A stretch of DNA of 64,000 nt from Spirochaetia bacterium (lineage in GTDB: Bacteria; Spirochaetota; Spirochaetia; DSM-2461), in the NCBI GenBank assembly GCA_963668315.1, contig OY764216.1, forward strand, positions 1,312,001 to 1,376,000. The letters run 5' to 3'. This document shows positions 49,288-59,681 of the stretch, piece by piece. Numbering within the stretch: the stretch's first letter is position 1; each line of letters opens with the position of its first letter. A program made the translations under genes and the position numbers. The notes below the pieces were generated by a model. It saw only the letters and a list, made by a program, of their open reading frames with translations. It was not told the DNA's origin and did not search any database.

Positions 49288-52200
49288 TTACCTTTTCCCC
49301 TCTCCCAGCAGAGCTGTCACCTTATTTATCAGTTCGTTCAGCTGGAGCGGTTTTTGAATGAAATCGGCGTCTTCCAGTAACTGGTACTCCTTTTCCCCCG
49401 ATATATCCAGGTATCCCGACATGAAGAGGCCGCGACCTTCAGGGTTGTATGTCCTGTACTGTCGGTACAGGTCAAAACCGTTTCTGCCCTGAAGTACAAT
49501 ATCGGTCAGGAGGAGCGAAATGGGAACGGGGCTGTCTGCCATCACCTGCAGAGCCGCCTCGGCACTTTCGGCCGAAAGTACCCTGAGGCCGTGGCGGGAG
49601 AGCATGGAGGACGCCACGGCCCTTACCTGAGCGTCATCTTCCACCAGCAGAACCGTAGCCCCGGGAGAATCGGCGGTGCTGCCCGGTGACGGGGCGCCGT
49701 CCCCCGTAGGCCCGGTCATCTTTTCCGCTGAGGGGAATTGAACCGTGACCACCGTTCCCTGATTCACCCGGCTCGAAAAATCAAGCCTCCCCTTATGCTG
49801 TTTGACAAGTCTCTGAACATTCGCCAATCCCAGCCCGGTACCCTTGTCTCCCTTCGTCGAAAAGAAAGGTTCCATTATGTGGTCCAGGTCATTCTGGTCT
49901 ATACCGCATCCCGAATCATGAACCGATAGGGTGACCAAGGGGGGATTTGATCCCTCCTTTATTCCGGTCTTAATGACAAGGGAGCCTCCGTCGGGCATGG
50001 CATCCTGAGAATTGACCGCAAGATTCATGAGTATCTGCTCTATTTTTCCCGAATCGGCGTTGATCAGGGGAATTTCGGGACAGAGATCGAGGGTGAAGCT
50101 GATATTCTCCTTAATCGTCCTCTGCAGAAGGGAGGAGAAATTGGTTATCAGAGTATTGAGATTCAGAAGCTGGAAATCCAGTTCATGCCTGCGGCTGAAG
50201 GTCAGCAGCTGTTTGACCAGTTTTCTGGCCCGTTCTCCCGCTTCATAAATCTGTTGTATCCTCTTTTGCCTTGTTGCACTTTCATCGGAAGGGTCAATCA
50301 GCAGTTCGCTGTAGCCGAGTATGGGAGTCAGCATATTATTCAAGTCATGGGCGATTCCTCCGGCCAGCCTGCCGATGGACTCTTCCTTCTGCGCCTGATG
50401 GAACTGCTCCTCCAGTTCCCGGTTCTCCTCCTCTATTTTCAGCTGATCGGTGATGTCCCGCTTTACGCTGACAAAATTCGTTATGGCTCCCTCGTGGTTC
50501 ATTACGGGAGTGATGGTCACGACTCCGGTATAGAGGGTGCCGTCCTTTCTCCTGTCGCAGAGCTGCCCATTCCACATTTTCCCCGACTTGATGTTCTGCC
50601 ACAGGTCCGTGAAAACAGAGGGTTCCATGGTGCCGCTGTTAAGAAACCTCGGGTTTCTGTTTTCCGCTTCGGCAAAGGTGTAACCGGTGAGCTTCTCAAA
50701 GGAGCTGTTCACATAAATGATGTTCCCCTCGGAATCGGTGATAAAAATACTGTCCGAGCTATGATCCACGGCGGAAAAGAGAATATCCCTCTCCGCGGCG
50801 TTTTTCTTCTCTTCCGTAATGTCCTGGATACTTAAGACGTAACCTTTGGATCTATCCTCCGAATCAATGCGGACCGTGCGGATAAAAATATTCACGGGAC
50901 TCCCGTTTTTGTGGAGACAGACCGTTTCGACTTTGCTGAATCCCCCCCGGCTTATCTGATCGGCTTCCAGGTTCATCACCCGCAGATATTCATCCATATC
51001 GGCGAACAGCTCGCAGGAGGCCCGGTTAATCAGCTCCTCCTGGGAATAGCCCAATATGGTGCATACCCTGTCATTTACCTGGGTAAACTGAAAGCGGTCG
51101 TTCAATACGGCAATTCCGATCGGGGCAATCCTCAGGACTCCCTGGTAGAACTCCTCCCTTTCGGTGAGCAGTTTGATGAAATCCTTCCTTTTCTCAATGA
51201 ACTCCCTCTGCTTCAGGCTCTGATAGGCGATAGTCACCTGCTGTTTCATTATGGTGTTGAGAAAAGCTACCCTTTTGTTGAACTCTTCATAGGTATACTG
51301 GGGCAGCCTGTTGTAGGCTCTTTGCAGTTCTATCGGATCGGCGCCGATTATTTCGGCGTACTGTTTTATATCGATGTTGTCATGGCCCATTTCCCGGGCC
51401 TGGCCGACCAGCCATGTGGCGACATGACGGCCGTCTATGATAATGGGGGACCAGGAGTCCAGAAGGCCGCCGCTCTGGCAGCGGTAGATCTTATATTCTC
51501 CGTTCTGGCTGTAGAGCGCCGTATCGGATTTTATGCAGTCAATGCTGCCCTTTTTCGTCTTTCGTATCAATTGGCAGTATTCGCTGAAGCGGGAGGGGGG
51601 CAGAAGGGGAATCCCGTCAACTCCCGTGATAATGGATGCCAATCCGGTCATCTCCGCGAAGGATTTCTGAATCTTCCCTATCTGGTCCAGATCCACCAGA
51701 TCCTCAAAGCGTAAATCGTTCCCCTGCTCCTCCTGATTATCATCGGGGGAGTACATCGACAGCATTCCCCTATCGATGTTATCGGAGAATATCTCTGTGA
51801 ACGTGATGTAATAGACAATCTGCCTTCCCGGAAAAGAACTGACCCGGCTGATAAAGACCTTAAAGAAACGGGTCTCCCCCTTATCTATCCTTATTTCGGG
51901 AATAATGTAGGTATAGATGTTTTCCAGGGATTTTTTCGCGACAAGCCACTTCTGATAGAGAAAGCTGTTATTGAGGGCTTCGAGGCTTTTCCCCAATATC
52001 TCCCGGGCTTTCACAAGGAGTATTGATTCCGCCTGCTCATTAAAAGAGAGAACGATCCCTTCGTCGTTTAAGGAAATCACCGCTTCACTCTGCTGCTGTA
52101 TTTTCCGGGAATACATCCGCCCCATGTTATGATTCTCCTCCCGGAGCCTTCTCGACCAGAGCGCATAGGAGGCGTCTTCCGATAATATGTTCAGAAGATT

Positions 52201-52653
52201 GCGGAAAAAGGGCTCTCCCGTAAAATCGGATATGAGGGAGAAATAGAGAACTCCCAGAAGGATCTCGTCATAGACCAGGGGAATCAGCAGGGACTGTCTT
52301 GATTCGGCGGGGGAGCGGAGCGGACATCTCGCGCACCAGGATTCGGCGCTCCTGATGATGAATGCTTCTTTTTTTTCCAGGGCGTGTTTAAGGCAGGCCG
52401 GTACAAAGCCCAACTTAAAGGCCTCCTCTATGGCCGAACGGTTCTCATCCTCTCCCCAGACGGCATAACCGGCAATCCGGTGGTCCCTGTCGGAGAGGAC
52501 AAGCCAGGCCCCGCGGACGTCTGTCCAGTCCGTGAGGGAGAGGCAGATCTTATCCAGAAGTTTCTCGATATTACTTTCCGTCCGGATCTTCTGGTGGATC
52601 GTATTCTTGATGGGGAGAATCTCTATATTTTCCGATAATGAATCTTGTGCCAT
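49288..52653 (-). CDS. Cytoplasmic hybrid histidine kinase GAF-PAS-PocR-PAS-PAS-HisKA-HATPase-REC
   Basis: PocR motif (IQKSF...TG.AS.I...DG...C...C..SD...YRC..GGL.D...PII..G.H...W..GQ); PAS (YVN.SF..LTGY); LAGGIAHDLNN; PFFSTK; LLVEDD. Confidence 0.92.
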   Translation of the reverse strand: MAQDSLSENIEILPIKNTIHQKIRTESNIEKLLDKICLSLTDWTDVRGAWLVLSDRDHRIAGYAVWGEDENRSAIEEAFKLGFVPACLKHALEKKEAFIIRSAESWCARCPLRSPAESRQSLLIPLVYDEILLGVLYFSLISDFTGEPFFRNLLNILSEDASYALWSRRLREENHNMGRMYSRKIQQQSEAVISLNDEGIVLSFNEQAESILLVKAREILGKSLEALNNSFLYQKWLVAKKSLENIYTYIIPEIRIDKGETRFFKVFISRVSSFPGRQIVYYITFTEIFSDNIDRGMLSMYSPDDNQEEQGNDLRFEDLVDLDQIGKIQKSFAEMTGLASIITGVDGIPLLPPSRFSEYCQLIRKTKKGSIDCIKSDTALYSQNGEYKIYRCQSGGLLDSWSPIIIDGRHVATWLVGQAREMGHDNIDIKQYAEIIGADPIELQRAYNRLPQYTYEEFNKRVAFLNTIMKQQVTIAYQSLKQREFIEKRKDFIKLLTEREEFYQGVLRIAPIGIAVLNDRFQFTQVNDRVCTILGYSQEELINRASCELFADMDEYLRVMNLEADQISRGGFSKVETVCLHKNGSPVNIFIRTVRIDSEDRSKGYVLSIQDITEEKKNAAERDILFSAVDHSSDSIFITDSEGNIIYVNSSFEKLTGYTFAEAENRNPRFLNSGTMEPSVFTDLWQNIKSGKMWNGQLCDRRKDGTLYTGVVTITPVMNHEGAITNFVSVKRDITDQLKIEEENRELEEQFHQAQKEESIGRLAGGIAHDLNNMLTPILGYSELLIDPSDESATRQKRIQQIYEAGERARKLVKQLLTFSRRHELDFQLLNLNTLITNFSSLLQRTIKENISFTLDLCPEIPLINADSGKIEQILMNLAVNSQDAMPDGGSLVIKTGIKEGSNPPLVTLSVHDSGCGIDQNDLDHIMEPFFSTKGDKGTGLGLANVQRLVKQHKGRLDFSSRVNQGTVVTVQFPSAEKMTGPTGDGAPSPGSTADSPGATVLLVEDDAQVRAVASSMLSRHGLRVLSAESAEAALQVMADSPVPISLLLTDIVLQGRNGFDLYRQYRTYNPEGRGLFMSGYLDISGEKEYQLLEDADFIQKPLQLNELINKVTALLGEGKR

Positions 52654-52785
52654 TAATTGATAAACTCCAGAAAAATCTTGGAAGAAAGGTATAAATGCAT
52701 TTTTACAAGATTACAATATCAATTTTTACAAAAATGGGTAAGATAACCTCAAAACTTATAGAGATGATTTCATATTTGTAATAAA

Positions 52786-53937
52786 TCAGGAGACCTTCAG
52801 GTCCGTCTTTTTCGACAAAAATTGATCATCATGAAATTTCTCTTTAATACTGAGGATCTCGTCCCTGTTATCCAGAAAAACTTCAACCAGCTCGGGATCG
52901 AATTTCCGTCCCTTCTGCTCTTCCAGATAGGCAAAACACTCTTCATCGGTCCAGGACTCCTTATAGGGCCGCGAGCTGCCCAGGGCGTCAAAAACATCGG
53001 CGATGGACACGATTCTCGCTTCCAGGGGAATCTCATCCCCTATCAGGCGGTAGGGGTAGCCGCTCCCGTCAAAATTCTCATGATGAAAACGGGCGATATT
53101 GACGGCGCACTCCAGGAGCCGGTCCGTCAGGGGAAGATTATCCGTCTCAAAATCCAGTGGGGAGATAAAGGAGCCGAGAAACTGGCTGGAGAGAATCTCC
53201 CCCCCGTAGAGGGTGTGTTTCTGCATCTCCCTGTACTCCTTGCTGCTCAGTTTTCCCCTTTTAAGGAGAATGGATTCGGGAATGCCGATCTTGCCAATAT
53301 CATGGAGGGGGGAGGCCATCTGTATTTCCCGGGCGAACAGGCTGTTGTTCCTGTGTGACTGAGCGAGTAGGGTGCTGTATTTCGAAACGCGGATAAAGTG
53401 CTGCCCCGTTTCGAAGTCCTTATATTCGGCGGCTTTCGAGAGAATCCCGACCAGGCGGCTGCGCGATTCCAGGAGTTCTCTGTTTCTCTCTTCCAGTTCG
53501 GCCGTCCTCTGCCTGACAAGATCCTTGAGATGCTTGCGGTAATTGTTGTTTTCCAGGATGAGCTCCCTCTTCTCCAGGACATTCTTTATTTTCAGCCTGA
53601 AGTCGGAGATCCCCTTTATGGGCTTCTGGATATAGTCGCCTATACCTATATGTATCGCTTCAATGGTCTTCTGCATATCCTGATTTCCCGACACAATGAC
53701 ATAGGCCGTATCGGGGAATCTCTTGCTGGCCTCACGGATAAAATCGAAGCCGCTCATCTTTCCGGGCATGATCAGATCCACCAGGACGAGGTCTACCTTT
53801 ACCGACTGCATCAGATTCAAAGCCATATCGCCGTCTTCCGCCTGAAGAACAAGGTAGTTGCTGCTCAGTACGGAATCCAGCATATCCCTGATATATTCAT
53901 CATCATCCAGTATGAGAATTTGCTGTTTAACATCCAT
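52786..53937 (-). CDS. Response regulator with HD-GYP domain (c-di-GMP phosphodiesterase, RpfG-like)
   Basis: REC (ILILDDD, DLIMPG, KP); E.KD.ETG.H, LHDIGKIGIP, HHENFDGSGYP, ADVFDAL. Confidence 0.95.
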   Translation of the reverse strand: MDVKQQILILDDDEYIRDMLDSVLSSNYLVLQAEDGDMALNLMQSVKVDLVLVDLIMPGKMSGFDFIREASKRFPDTAYVIVSGNQDMQKTIEAIHIGIGDYIQKPIKGISDFRLKIKNVLEKRELILENNNYRKHLKDLVRQRTAELEERNRELLESRSRLVGILSKAAEYKDFETGQHFIRVSKYSTLLAQSHRNNSLFAREIQMASPLHDIGKIGIPESILLKRGKLSSKEYREMQKHTLYGGEILSSQFLGSFISPLDFETDNLPLTDRLLECAVNIARFHHENFDGSGYPYRLIGDEIPLEARIVSIADVFDALGSSRPYKESWTDEECFAYLEEQKGRKFDPELVEVFLDNRDEILSIKEKFHDDQFLSKKTDLKVS

Positions 53938-53975
53938 TATTCTGTCTTTTCCTTTTATTCCGTCTGTCGTCCGAA

Positions 53976-55964
53976 TCAGAACTCAATAAAATCTCCGTCC
54001 GATCCGCTCTCTTCCGAAGAAAGCCGGTTGATGCTTCCCGTCAGCGATGCCAGAAGAAGGCGGGAAGGATTACTTCTTTTCTCTTTTCTGGGCTGGGCGA
54101 CGACGGCGGCGGTCTGAGCTTTCCGGCTCCGGTCGGACTCCTGCACCTTAAAGAAGTTGACCACATCCACCATCATCTGGGCGTGGGATGATAATTCCTC
54201 GGACATGGATGCCAGTTCTTCCGAGGCGGAAGCGTTCTGCTGAATGACCATATCGAGCTGGGTTACCGCTTCATTCACCTGGGCCGATCCCCGGTTCTGC
54301 TCCTCGCTGGCGTAGGCAATCTCTTCCACGAGTCCGGCCGTGCCGATGATATCGGGTACTACATTCTCAATTTTTACCTGGGCCTGATCCGCTTTTCTGA
54401 CGCTCTCCCGGGTTATCTCGGTAATTTCCTTGGCGGCCGTTCCGCTTGAAACGGCAAGCTTTCTGACCTCCGATGCCACTACCGCGAAACCCTTGCCCGC
54501 TTCTCCGGCCCTCGCCGCTTCAATGGCCGCATTCAGGGCCAGGAGGTTCGTGTTTCTCGCCAGCTCTTCCACAATGGAGATTTTCTGATCGATTATCTTC
54601 ATCGCTTCCACCGTCTCCTTTACCGAGCGGCTGCTGTCCTCTATCTCGGAGGCCACGTTTTTCGCCATGCTATTGGAACGGGAGGCGTTCTCCGTGTTCT
54701 GCTGGATATTGGCGTTGAGCTCTTCCATGGAGGCGGCTATCTCTTCCATGTTGGCCGCCTGCTCGGTGGAGCCGGAGGATATCTCGCTGGCAGAGGAGGC
54801 TATCTCCTCGCTGCCCTTGGTCACCTCATCGGCCGATGTGATGATGGTGTCGATGATGGTTTTAAGCTGATCCGTCATCTCCTTCATGGAGGCGTAGATG
54901 CCCGTCAGTTTCCTGTCGGGGAACGCCAGCGTCAGATCTCCCTTGGCGATGCGTGAGGTGATCTCCTCTATTTCGTGGGGTTCGCCCCCCAGCTGTCTGG
55001 CCAGGGAGGAGGTCAGCCTCAAGGTGATGGTTATGCTGAGGAGCATGGCGACGGCGGAGAAGATAATCGTAAGGATAATGTCATGCCTGGAATTCCGGTC
55101 GATTTCCTTCTCTATGGCTAAGCTGACCTGGTCTCCCAGGGACATGACATCCTGGGAGGCATCATGCTGCCTGGCATAGATGTCTGTCTGCTGTTGAACC
55201 ATATTCACATAATCCTCAATGGTGGCATAGTACTCGTCGATATAGCCGATGGTCTGCTCCGTGAGGGATAGGAGATATTCATTGCTTTCCCGATTCAGAA
55301 ACTCCGTCAGAAGAAGGCGTGATTGCTCTACTCCGGATTTCCACAGCTCGACCTGTTTGGCCCGCTCCCCGTCGGTAAGGGCGAGTTTGTAGCGGTAGCC
55401 ATTGCTGTGATAGTCAAAGGTTATTTCCAGAATATTCTGCAGATCCCGCAGGTCGGCAACCGTCCTCTTGTAATCCGCCGCGGAAAGAGTTTCCGAATCA
55501 AGGTTCTTTTCGGTATAGGCGATGGCTTCCTTGATATTGCTCAGGACTTTCTGCGCCGACTCGGAACGGACCGAATCGCTCTCATCCTCCTGATGCTGTA
55601 TCTGGTAGGATTGCTGATTCAGTTCTTCATAGACGGTCATTCTATCTAGCAGCTTCTCTATGAGCTGACTGTCGTTATCCGATTCCAGATCCCGGGGCAG
55701 CTTTCCGGCGCTGCCGATCCCCCTGTTGCTGGCTTCCGTCGATTCCTTAATATAGGAGTCGTCCTTATAGATAATATAGCGCAGGGCGGAAGCCTGGGCA
55801 TCCTGTGAACTGGAGGCAATGTCATTTACCAGAAAATTCAGTTCATTCTGATGGAGTATCTCCCTTATACTGTGGATACCCTGATACCCTATGGCTAGAG
55901 TGAAAAAAATAACACACATGAAACTTAACAGCATTTTCGAACGTATTTTCATCTTCTTGATCAT
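53976..55964 (-). CDS. Methyl-accepting chemotaxis protein with large helical periplasmic sensor
   Basis: Two TMs, [43 protein letters not shown]-terminal pentapeptide-like DFIEF; ATG 55964 after GAGAGG. Confidence 0.96.
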   Translation of the reverse strand: MIKKMKIRSKMLLSFMCVIFFTLAIGYQGIHSIREILHQNELNFLVNDIASSSQDAQASALRYIIYKDDSYIKESTEASNRGIGSAGKLPRDLESDNDSQLIEKLLDRMTVYEELNQQSYQIQHQEDESDSVRSESAQKVLSNIKEAIAYTEKNLDSETLSAADYKRTVADLRDLQNILEITFDYHSNGYRYKLALTDGERAKQVELWKSGVEQSRLLLTEFLNRESNEYLLSLTEQTIGYIDEYYATIEDYVNMVQQQTDIYARQHDASQDVMSLGDQVSLAIEKEIDRNSRHDIILTIIFSAVAMLLSITITLRLTSSLARQLGGEPHEIEEITSRIAKGDLTLAFPDRKLTGIYASMKEMTDQLKTIIDTIITSADEVTKGSEEIASSASEISSGSTEQAANMEEIAASMEELNANIQQNTENASRSNSMAKNVASEIEDSSRSVKETVEAMKIIDQKISIVEELARNTNLLALNAAIEAARAGEAGKGFAVVASEVRKLAVSSGTAAKEITEITRESVRKADQAQVKIENVVPDIIGTAGLVEEIAYASEEQNRGSAQVNEAVTQLDMVIQQNASASEELASMSEELSSHAQMMVDVVNFFKVQESDRSRKAQTAAVVAQPRKEKRSNPSRLLLASLTGSINRLSSEESGSDGDFIEF

Positions 55965-56196
55965 ATGGGACCTCTCAAGTGTTAATGGCCTAACAATAGA
56001 AAATTCTACCATAATGTATAAGTAACATAGGCCGTGTAACGGTAACACAGCGGGATGAAACCCCTCCCCGCCAGGAGGAAGCTGCCCTATGGATTATATC
56101 GGGAGGAACATTTATGATAATTCAGGCAATATCCCGTTTTCGGGTGTCTCTTTTGCCGGATAAATGTAGAAATAATATGAAAATAGGTGGAAAAAT

Positions 56197-57519
56197 ATGA
56201 CTAAAGAGGAACTGAAGAGTCTTGTCGTCGGTGAAATAGAGGCCCATGCCTCCCGGATTATAGAAATCGGAAGGACCATATTTGAAAATCCCGAACTGGG
56301 TTTCAAGGAGTACAAAACATCCGCTCTGGCGGCGGAAACCCTGACGGGACTGGGGCTGGACTGCGAAACCGGCCTGGCCCTTACCGGCGTGAAGGCCCGC
56401 CTCGAGGGGGACGGGAGAAATCCGGAGGATAATATATCCGTTATGGTCATGGGCGAACTGGACGCGGTCGTCTGTCCTCTCCATCCCGACGCCGATCCTG
56501 TCACGGGAGCCGCCCACTCCTGCGGCCATAACTCCCAGATCGCCAGTATGCTGGGAACCGCCATGGGACTGACTCCCTTTAAGGAATATCTGGGAGGGGA
56601 CGTGGTTTTTACCGCCGTCCCCGCCGAGGAGTATGTGGAGCTGGAGTTCCGGGAGAAGCTGAGGGAGGAGGGGAAGATCCACTTTTTCGGCGGGAAGCAG
56701 GAGTATATCCGTCAGGGAATTCTGGATGATGTGGATATGGGAATGATGATTCATTCCCACGCGGGCCTTCGGGACAGGAAATTCCTTCTCTCCTGCGACA
56801 GTTCCGGCTTCATAGGAAAAATCATACGCTTCACCGGAAAGGAAGCCCATGCCGGAGCCGAGCCCTCCGCGGGTATAAACGCCCTTAACGCGGCGGCCCT
56901 CTCCCTCATGGCGATAAACTCCCAGCGCGAGACCTTCAAGGATTCCGACCGTATCCGTGTCCATCCCATCATTACCAAGGGGGGCGATCTTGTGAACATC
57001 GTGCCCGCCGATGTCAGGATGGAAACCTATGTAAGAGGCCGGACCATCGATTCGATTTTCGATGCCTCCGCCAAGGTTAACAGGGCCCTCCGCGGCAGTG
57101 CCATGGCTATCGGGGCCGATGTGGATATACGGGAGATTCCCGGGTATCTTCCCCTGGCTCAGGATGAGGAACTGACCTCCGTCTTCGGCCGAAACGTTAC
57201 GTCCCTTCTGGGGAAGGAGGGTATCTACTCCGGTTACGAGCTCATGGGATCCACCGACGCAGGGGATATCAGCACCATTATGCCCTTTATCCATGTCTCC
57301 ACAGGGGGGTATGACGGTGTCGCCCACAGCAGGAATTTCGAAGTCTGCGATGAGGAAATGGCCTATGTCATGCCGGCGAAAATCATGGCCCTGTCCGTTA
57401 TCGACCTGCTCTGGGACAGGGCTTCCGCCGCCCGGGCGATTAAGAATCAGTTTACCCCTCAGTTCGATGCCGCAAGTTATGTTTCCTTCTGGGAGGACGC
57501 TATGGGAGAGCTGGACTGA
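56197..57519 (+). CDS. M20 family amidohydrolase
   Basis: NPELGFKE, GELDA, HSCGHN, PAEE, GKEAHAG..P..GINAL, GSTDAGDIS. Confidence 0.93.
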   Translation: MTKEELKSLVVGEIEAHASRIIEIGRTIFENPELGFKEYKTSALAAETLTGLGLDCETGLALTGVKARLEGDGRNPEDNISVMVMGELDAVVCPLHPDADPVTGAAHSCGHNSQIASMLGTAMGLTPFKEYLGGDVVFTAVPAEEYVELEFREKLREEGKIHFFGGKQEYIRQGILDDVDMGMMIHSHAGLRDRKFLLSCDSSGFIGKIIRFTGKEAHAGAEPSAGINALNAAALSLMAINSQRETFKDSDRIRVHPIITKGGDLVNIVPADVRMETYVRGRTIDSIFDASAKVNRALRGSAMAIGADVDIREIPGYLPLAQDEELTSVFGRNVTSLLGKEGIYSGYELMGSTDAGDISTIMPFIHVSTGGYDGVAHSRNFEVCDEEMAYVMPAKIMALSVIDLLWDRASAARAIKNQFTPQFDAASYVSFWEDAMGELD

Positions 57520-57603
57520 CCGGGAATAACTAAATGAAAAAATATGTAATGTTAGGTGACCCGGTACTTGTATGAGATGCATAATAGGGGTATATTTTTT
57601 TAC

Positions 57604-57628
57604 AGGTCCTGCCGCCGCAGGGCCTTTT
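57604..57628 (+). terminator. Probable intrinsic terminator
   Basis: AGGTCCTGC-CGCC-GCAGGGCCT followed by TTT. Confidence 0.55.
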
Positions 57629-57805
57629 CTCCCGGAGAAATCGATTCTCTTCCCCATGAGAGTGGTGTGATAACTGTCTCCCCTCTCTTCTGCGGATGAG
57701 TCAATATTGACCTCTTCCTGAGAACATATGTGGAAATCTTTTTTATGAAAAAAGTTGAGCTGTGTCTTAGAAGCATGCCCACATGTTAAGGAGGTAAATC
57801 TCAAA

Positions 57806-58480
57806 ATGATCAGTAATCTGATAAAACGTGTCCTATTATTTATGGTCGGTCTTTTCATCATGTCCCTGGCGGTAGCCCTGTCGGTAAAGGCCAGGCTGGG
57901 AGTGTCTCCCATTTCCTGTATTCCCCAGGTCTTCAGTGTCAAATATCCCTTGTCCCTGGGGCAGCTCACCATGATATTCAACGTTTTTCTTATTTTTCTG
58001 CAGATTGTCCTGCTGCGGAAAAAATACCGGCCCTTTCAGTTAGTCCAGCTCCCGGTTGTCATCTTCTTCGGTATATTCATCGATTTTTCCCTTTTTCTTC
58101 TTTCCGATTTGAATGTGACGGGATATGCGGGGAGGCTCTTTTTCTGTCTCCTGAGCTGTGCCATATTGGCTTTGGGGGTCTTTTTCGAAGTAAAGGCCGG
58201 GATCACCTATCTGCCGGGAGAAGGGGTCGCCCTCGCTCTGAAGCAGACGACGGGCGTAGAGTTCGGAAGAGCCAAAATCAGTGTCGACAGCTCTATGGTA
58301 ATTGTCGGCGTACTCTTTTCCTTCCTATTCTTCAAGCAGCTTGTCGGAGCCCGGGAGGGAACCCTTCTGGCGGCTGTTCTGGTGGGGCACCTTGTCCGGT
58401 TCTATTCTAAGCACATCAGTTTCATCGACCGTTTCCTTAATCCCGCCGTCGAAGAGGTGCTTGAACAGGAATCGGCCTGA
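57806..58480 (+). CDS. YczE/YyaS-like integral membrane protein
   Basis: GLFIMS..VA...A.LG.SPIS, FGIFID, PGEG, K...D, G.REGT...A.LVG; ATG after AAGGAGG. Confidence 0.85.
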   Translation: MISNLIKRVLLFMVGLFIMSLAVALSVKARLGVSPISCIPQVFSVKYPLSLGQLTMIFNVFLIFLQIVLLRKKYRPFQLVQLPVVIFFGIFIDFSLFLLSDLNVTGYAGRLFFCLLSCAILALGVFFEVKAGITYLPGEGVALALKQTTGVEFGRAKISVDSSMVIVGVLFSFLFFKQLVGAREGTLLAAVLVGHLVRFYSKHISFIDRFLNPAVEEVLEQESA

Positions 58481-58604
58481 GAGCCGCCTCCCGGGGCAGA
58501 GGGTCTAGGCATCTGATATAAATAACGCGTCATAAAAAGTTTTATAACGATCTGTGATGTATATTATTAAATGACCGCTTATATATCCGGAGAAGTGAGA
58601 GAGC

Positions 58605-59507
58605 ATGAAAGAACCCATCGGGACGACAGTGAAAATATATATGTTTATGATTCTCTTTCCTGTTCTGTTTTCATGCGCGAATCTTACCGATTACTCCGGC
58701 GAACAGCCGTTCCGTCATAATCCCATAAGTGAAGACTTCGATGAAGCCGACAAGCCTTCCTACGACACCATGACCTACGATGACGCCGGGACCTCGCGGA
58801 GTTACAAGCTGATGCTCCCCTGGAACTACGATAAAGATTACAATGCCGAACGGAGCTATCCCCTCTTGATTAACGTCGTCTATTCGGGAAGCCTCGTCGC
58901 TGGCAATACGGAGCGAATGCAGGGCTATCCCTGCTTCTGCCTGGACGCCGCTGCCAATAGTGACTGGGTCTATGCCATGGTCGCCGAGCTGGCTGCCAAT
59001 TATAGAATCGATACAAATAGAATTTATCTGTCCGGTTTTTCTGCCGGCGGCTCCGGTTCCTATCCATTCGCTTCCAATCTGGAAGCGAAGCAGGGACTGA
59101 CCGTTGCCGGCATCGTCCGCTGTGCCGGAGGCAGCAACACGGCCCTTTCCGATGCCATCTCGGGTAAAACCTCGGTCTGGTATCAAGTGGGTCTGAGTGA
59201 TTCCTACGATTTCGGATACGGTAAAGGATTACTGAGCGAAGACCCGGATGACGTCAGGCGCATCTCCAACAAGGCTTACGCCTATGTCAAAGGCCTGGAT
59301 TCCAGCGCCGGAGCGATTGAAACTGTAAAAACCGGGACCGTTTTGAATTATAGTTATGAATGCACCACCACCAGCCTGATCCTCGGCGGAGTCGAGATAT
59401 TTAAAAAAAGCCATTACAAGGGAATGGGCCATACCGGATCCCCGGCTTATGCCGATCCGGATGTCGTGGAGTGGCTTTTCAACCAGCATCTGTCCAATAG
59501 AGATTGA
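58605..59507 (+). CDS. Alpha/beta-hydrolase-fold lipoprotein (predicted esterase/peptidase)
   Basis: LFSC lipobox; YKLMLP.NY....YPL, IDTNRIYLSGFSAGG nucleophile elbow, GMGH, VEWLFNQ. Confidence 0.75.
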   Translation: MKEPIGTTVKIYMFMILFPVLFSCANLTDYSGEQPFRHNPISEDFDEADKPSYDTMTYDDAGTSRSYKLMLPWNYDKDYNAERSYPLLINVVYSGSLVAGNTERMQGYPCFCLDAAANSDWVYAMVAELAANYRIDTNRIYLSGFSAGGSGSYPFASNLEAKQGLTVAGIVRCAGGSNTALSDAISGKTSVWYQVGLSDSYDFGYGKGLLSEDPDDVRRISNKAYAYVKGLDSSAGAIETVKTGTVLNYSYECTTTSLILGGVEIFKKSHYKGMGHTGSPAYADPDVVEWLFNQHLSNRD

Positions 59508-59681
59508 TGATATGGGTTTTCCCATAAGTTCCGGCCATGCGTCAAAAATCGGTCAAATGCCTGTCGGTCTCCGGGGAAGGGGCTGATCTGTAAAAAAAAG
59601 CATAATAATTTCCTCCTATCTGTTGCTCCCCTTGTCCACAAACACTATTATTTCCTTATCAAATTGTAAGGAGAACACAAT

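Noticed and set aside
56122..57981. 619-aa minus-strand ORF
   Set aside because: Antisense to the well-supported M20 amidohydrolase and YczE-like genes; no domain signatures.
59510..59680. Riboswitch upstream of the nucleotidase
   Set aside because: Only short hairpins; no purine or cyclic-dinucleotide aptamer consensus recognised.
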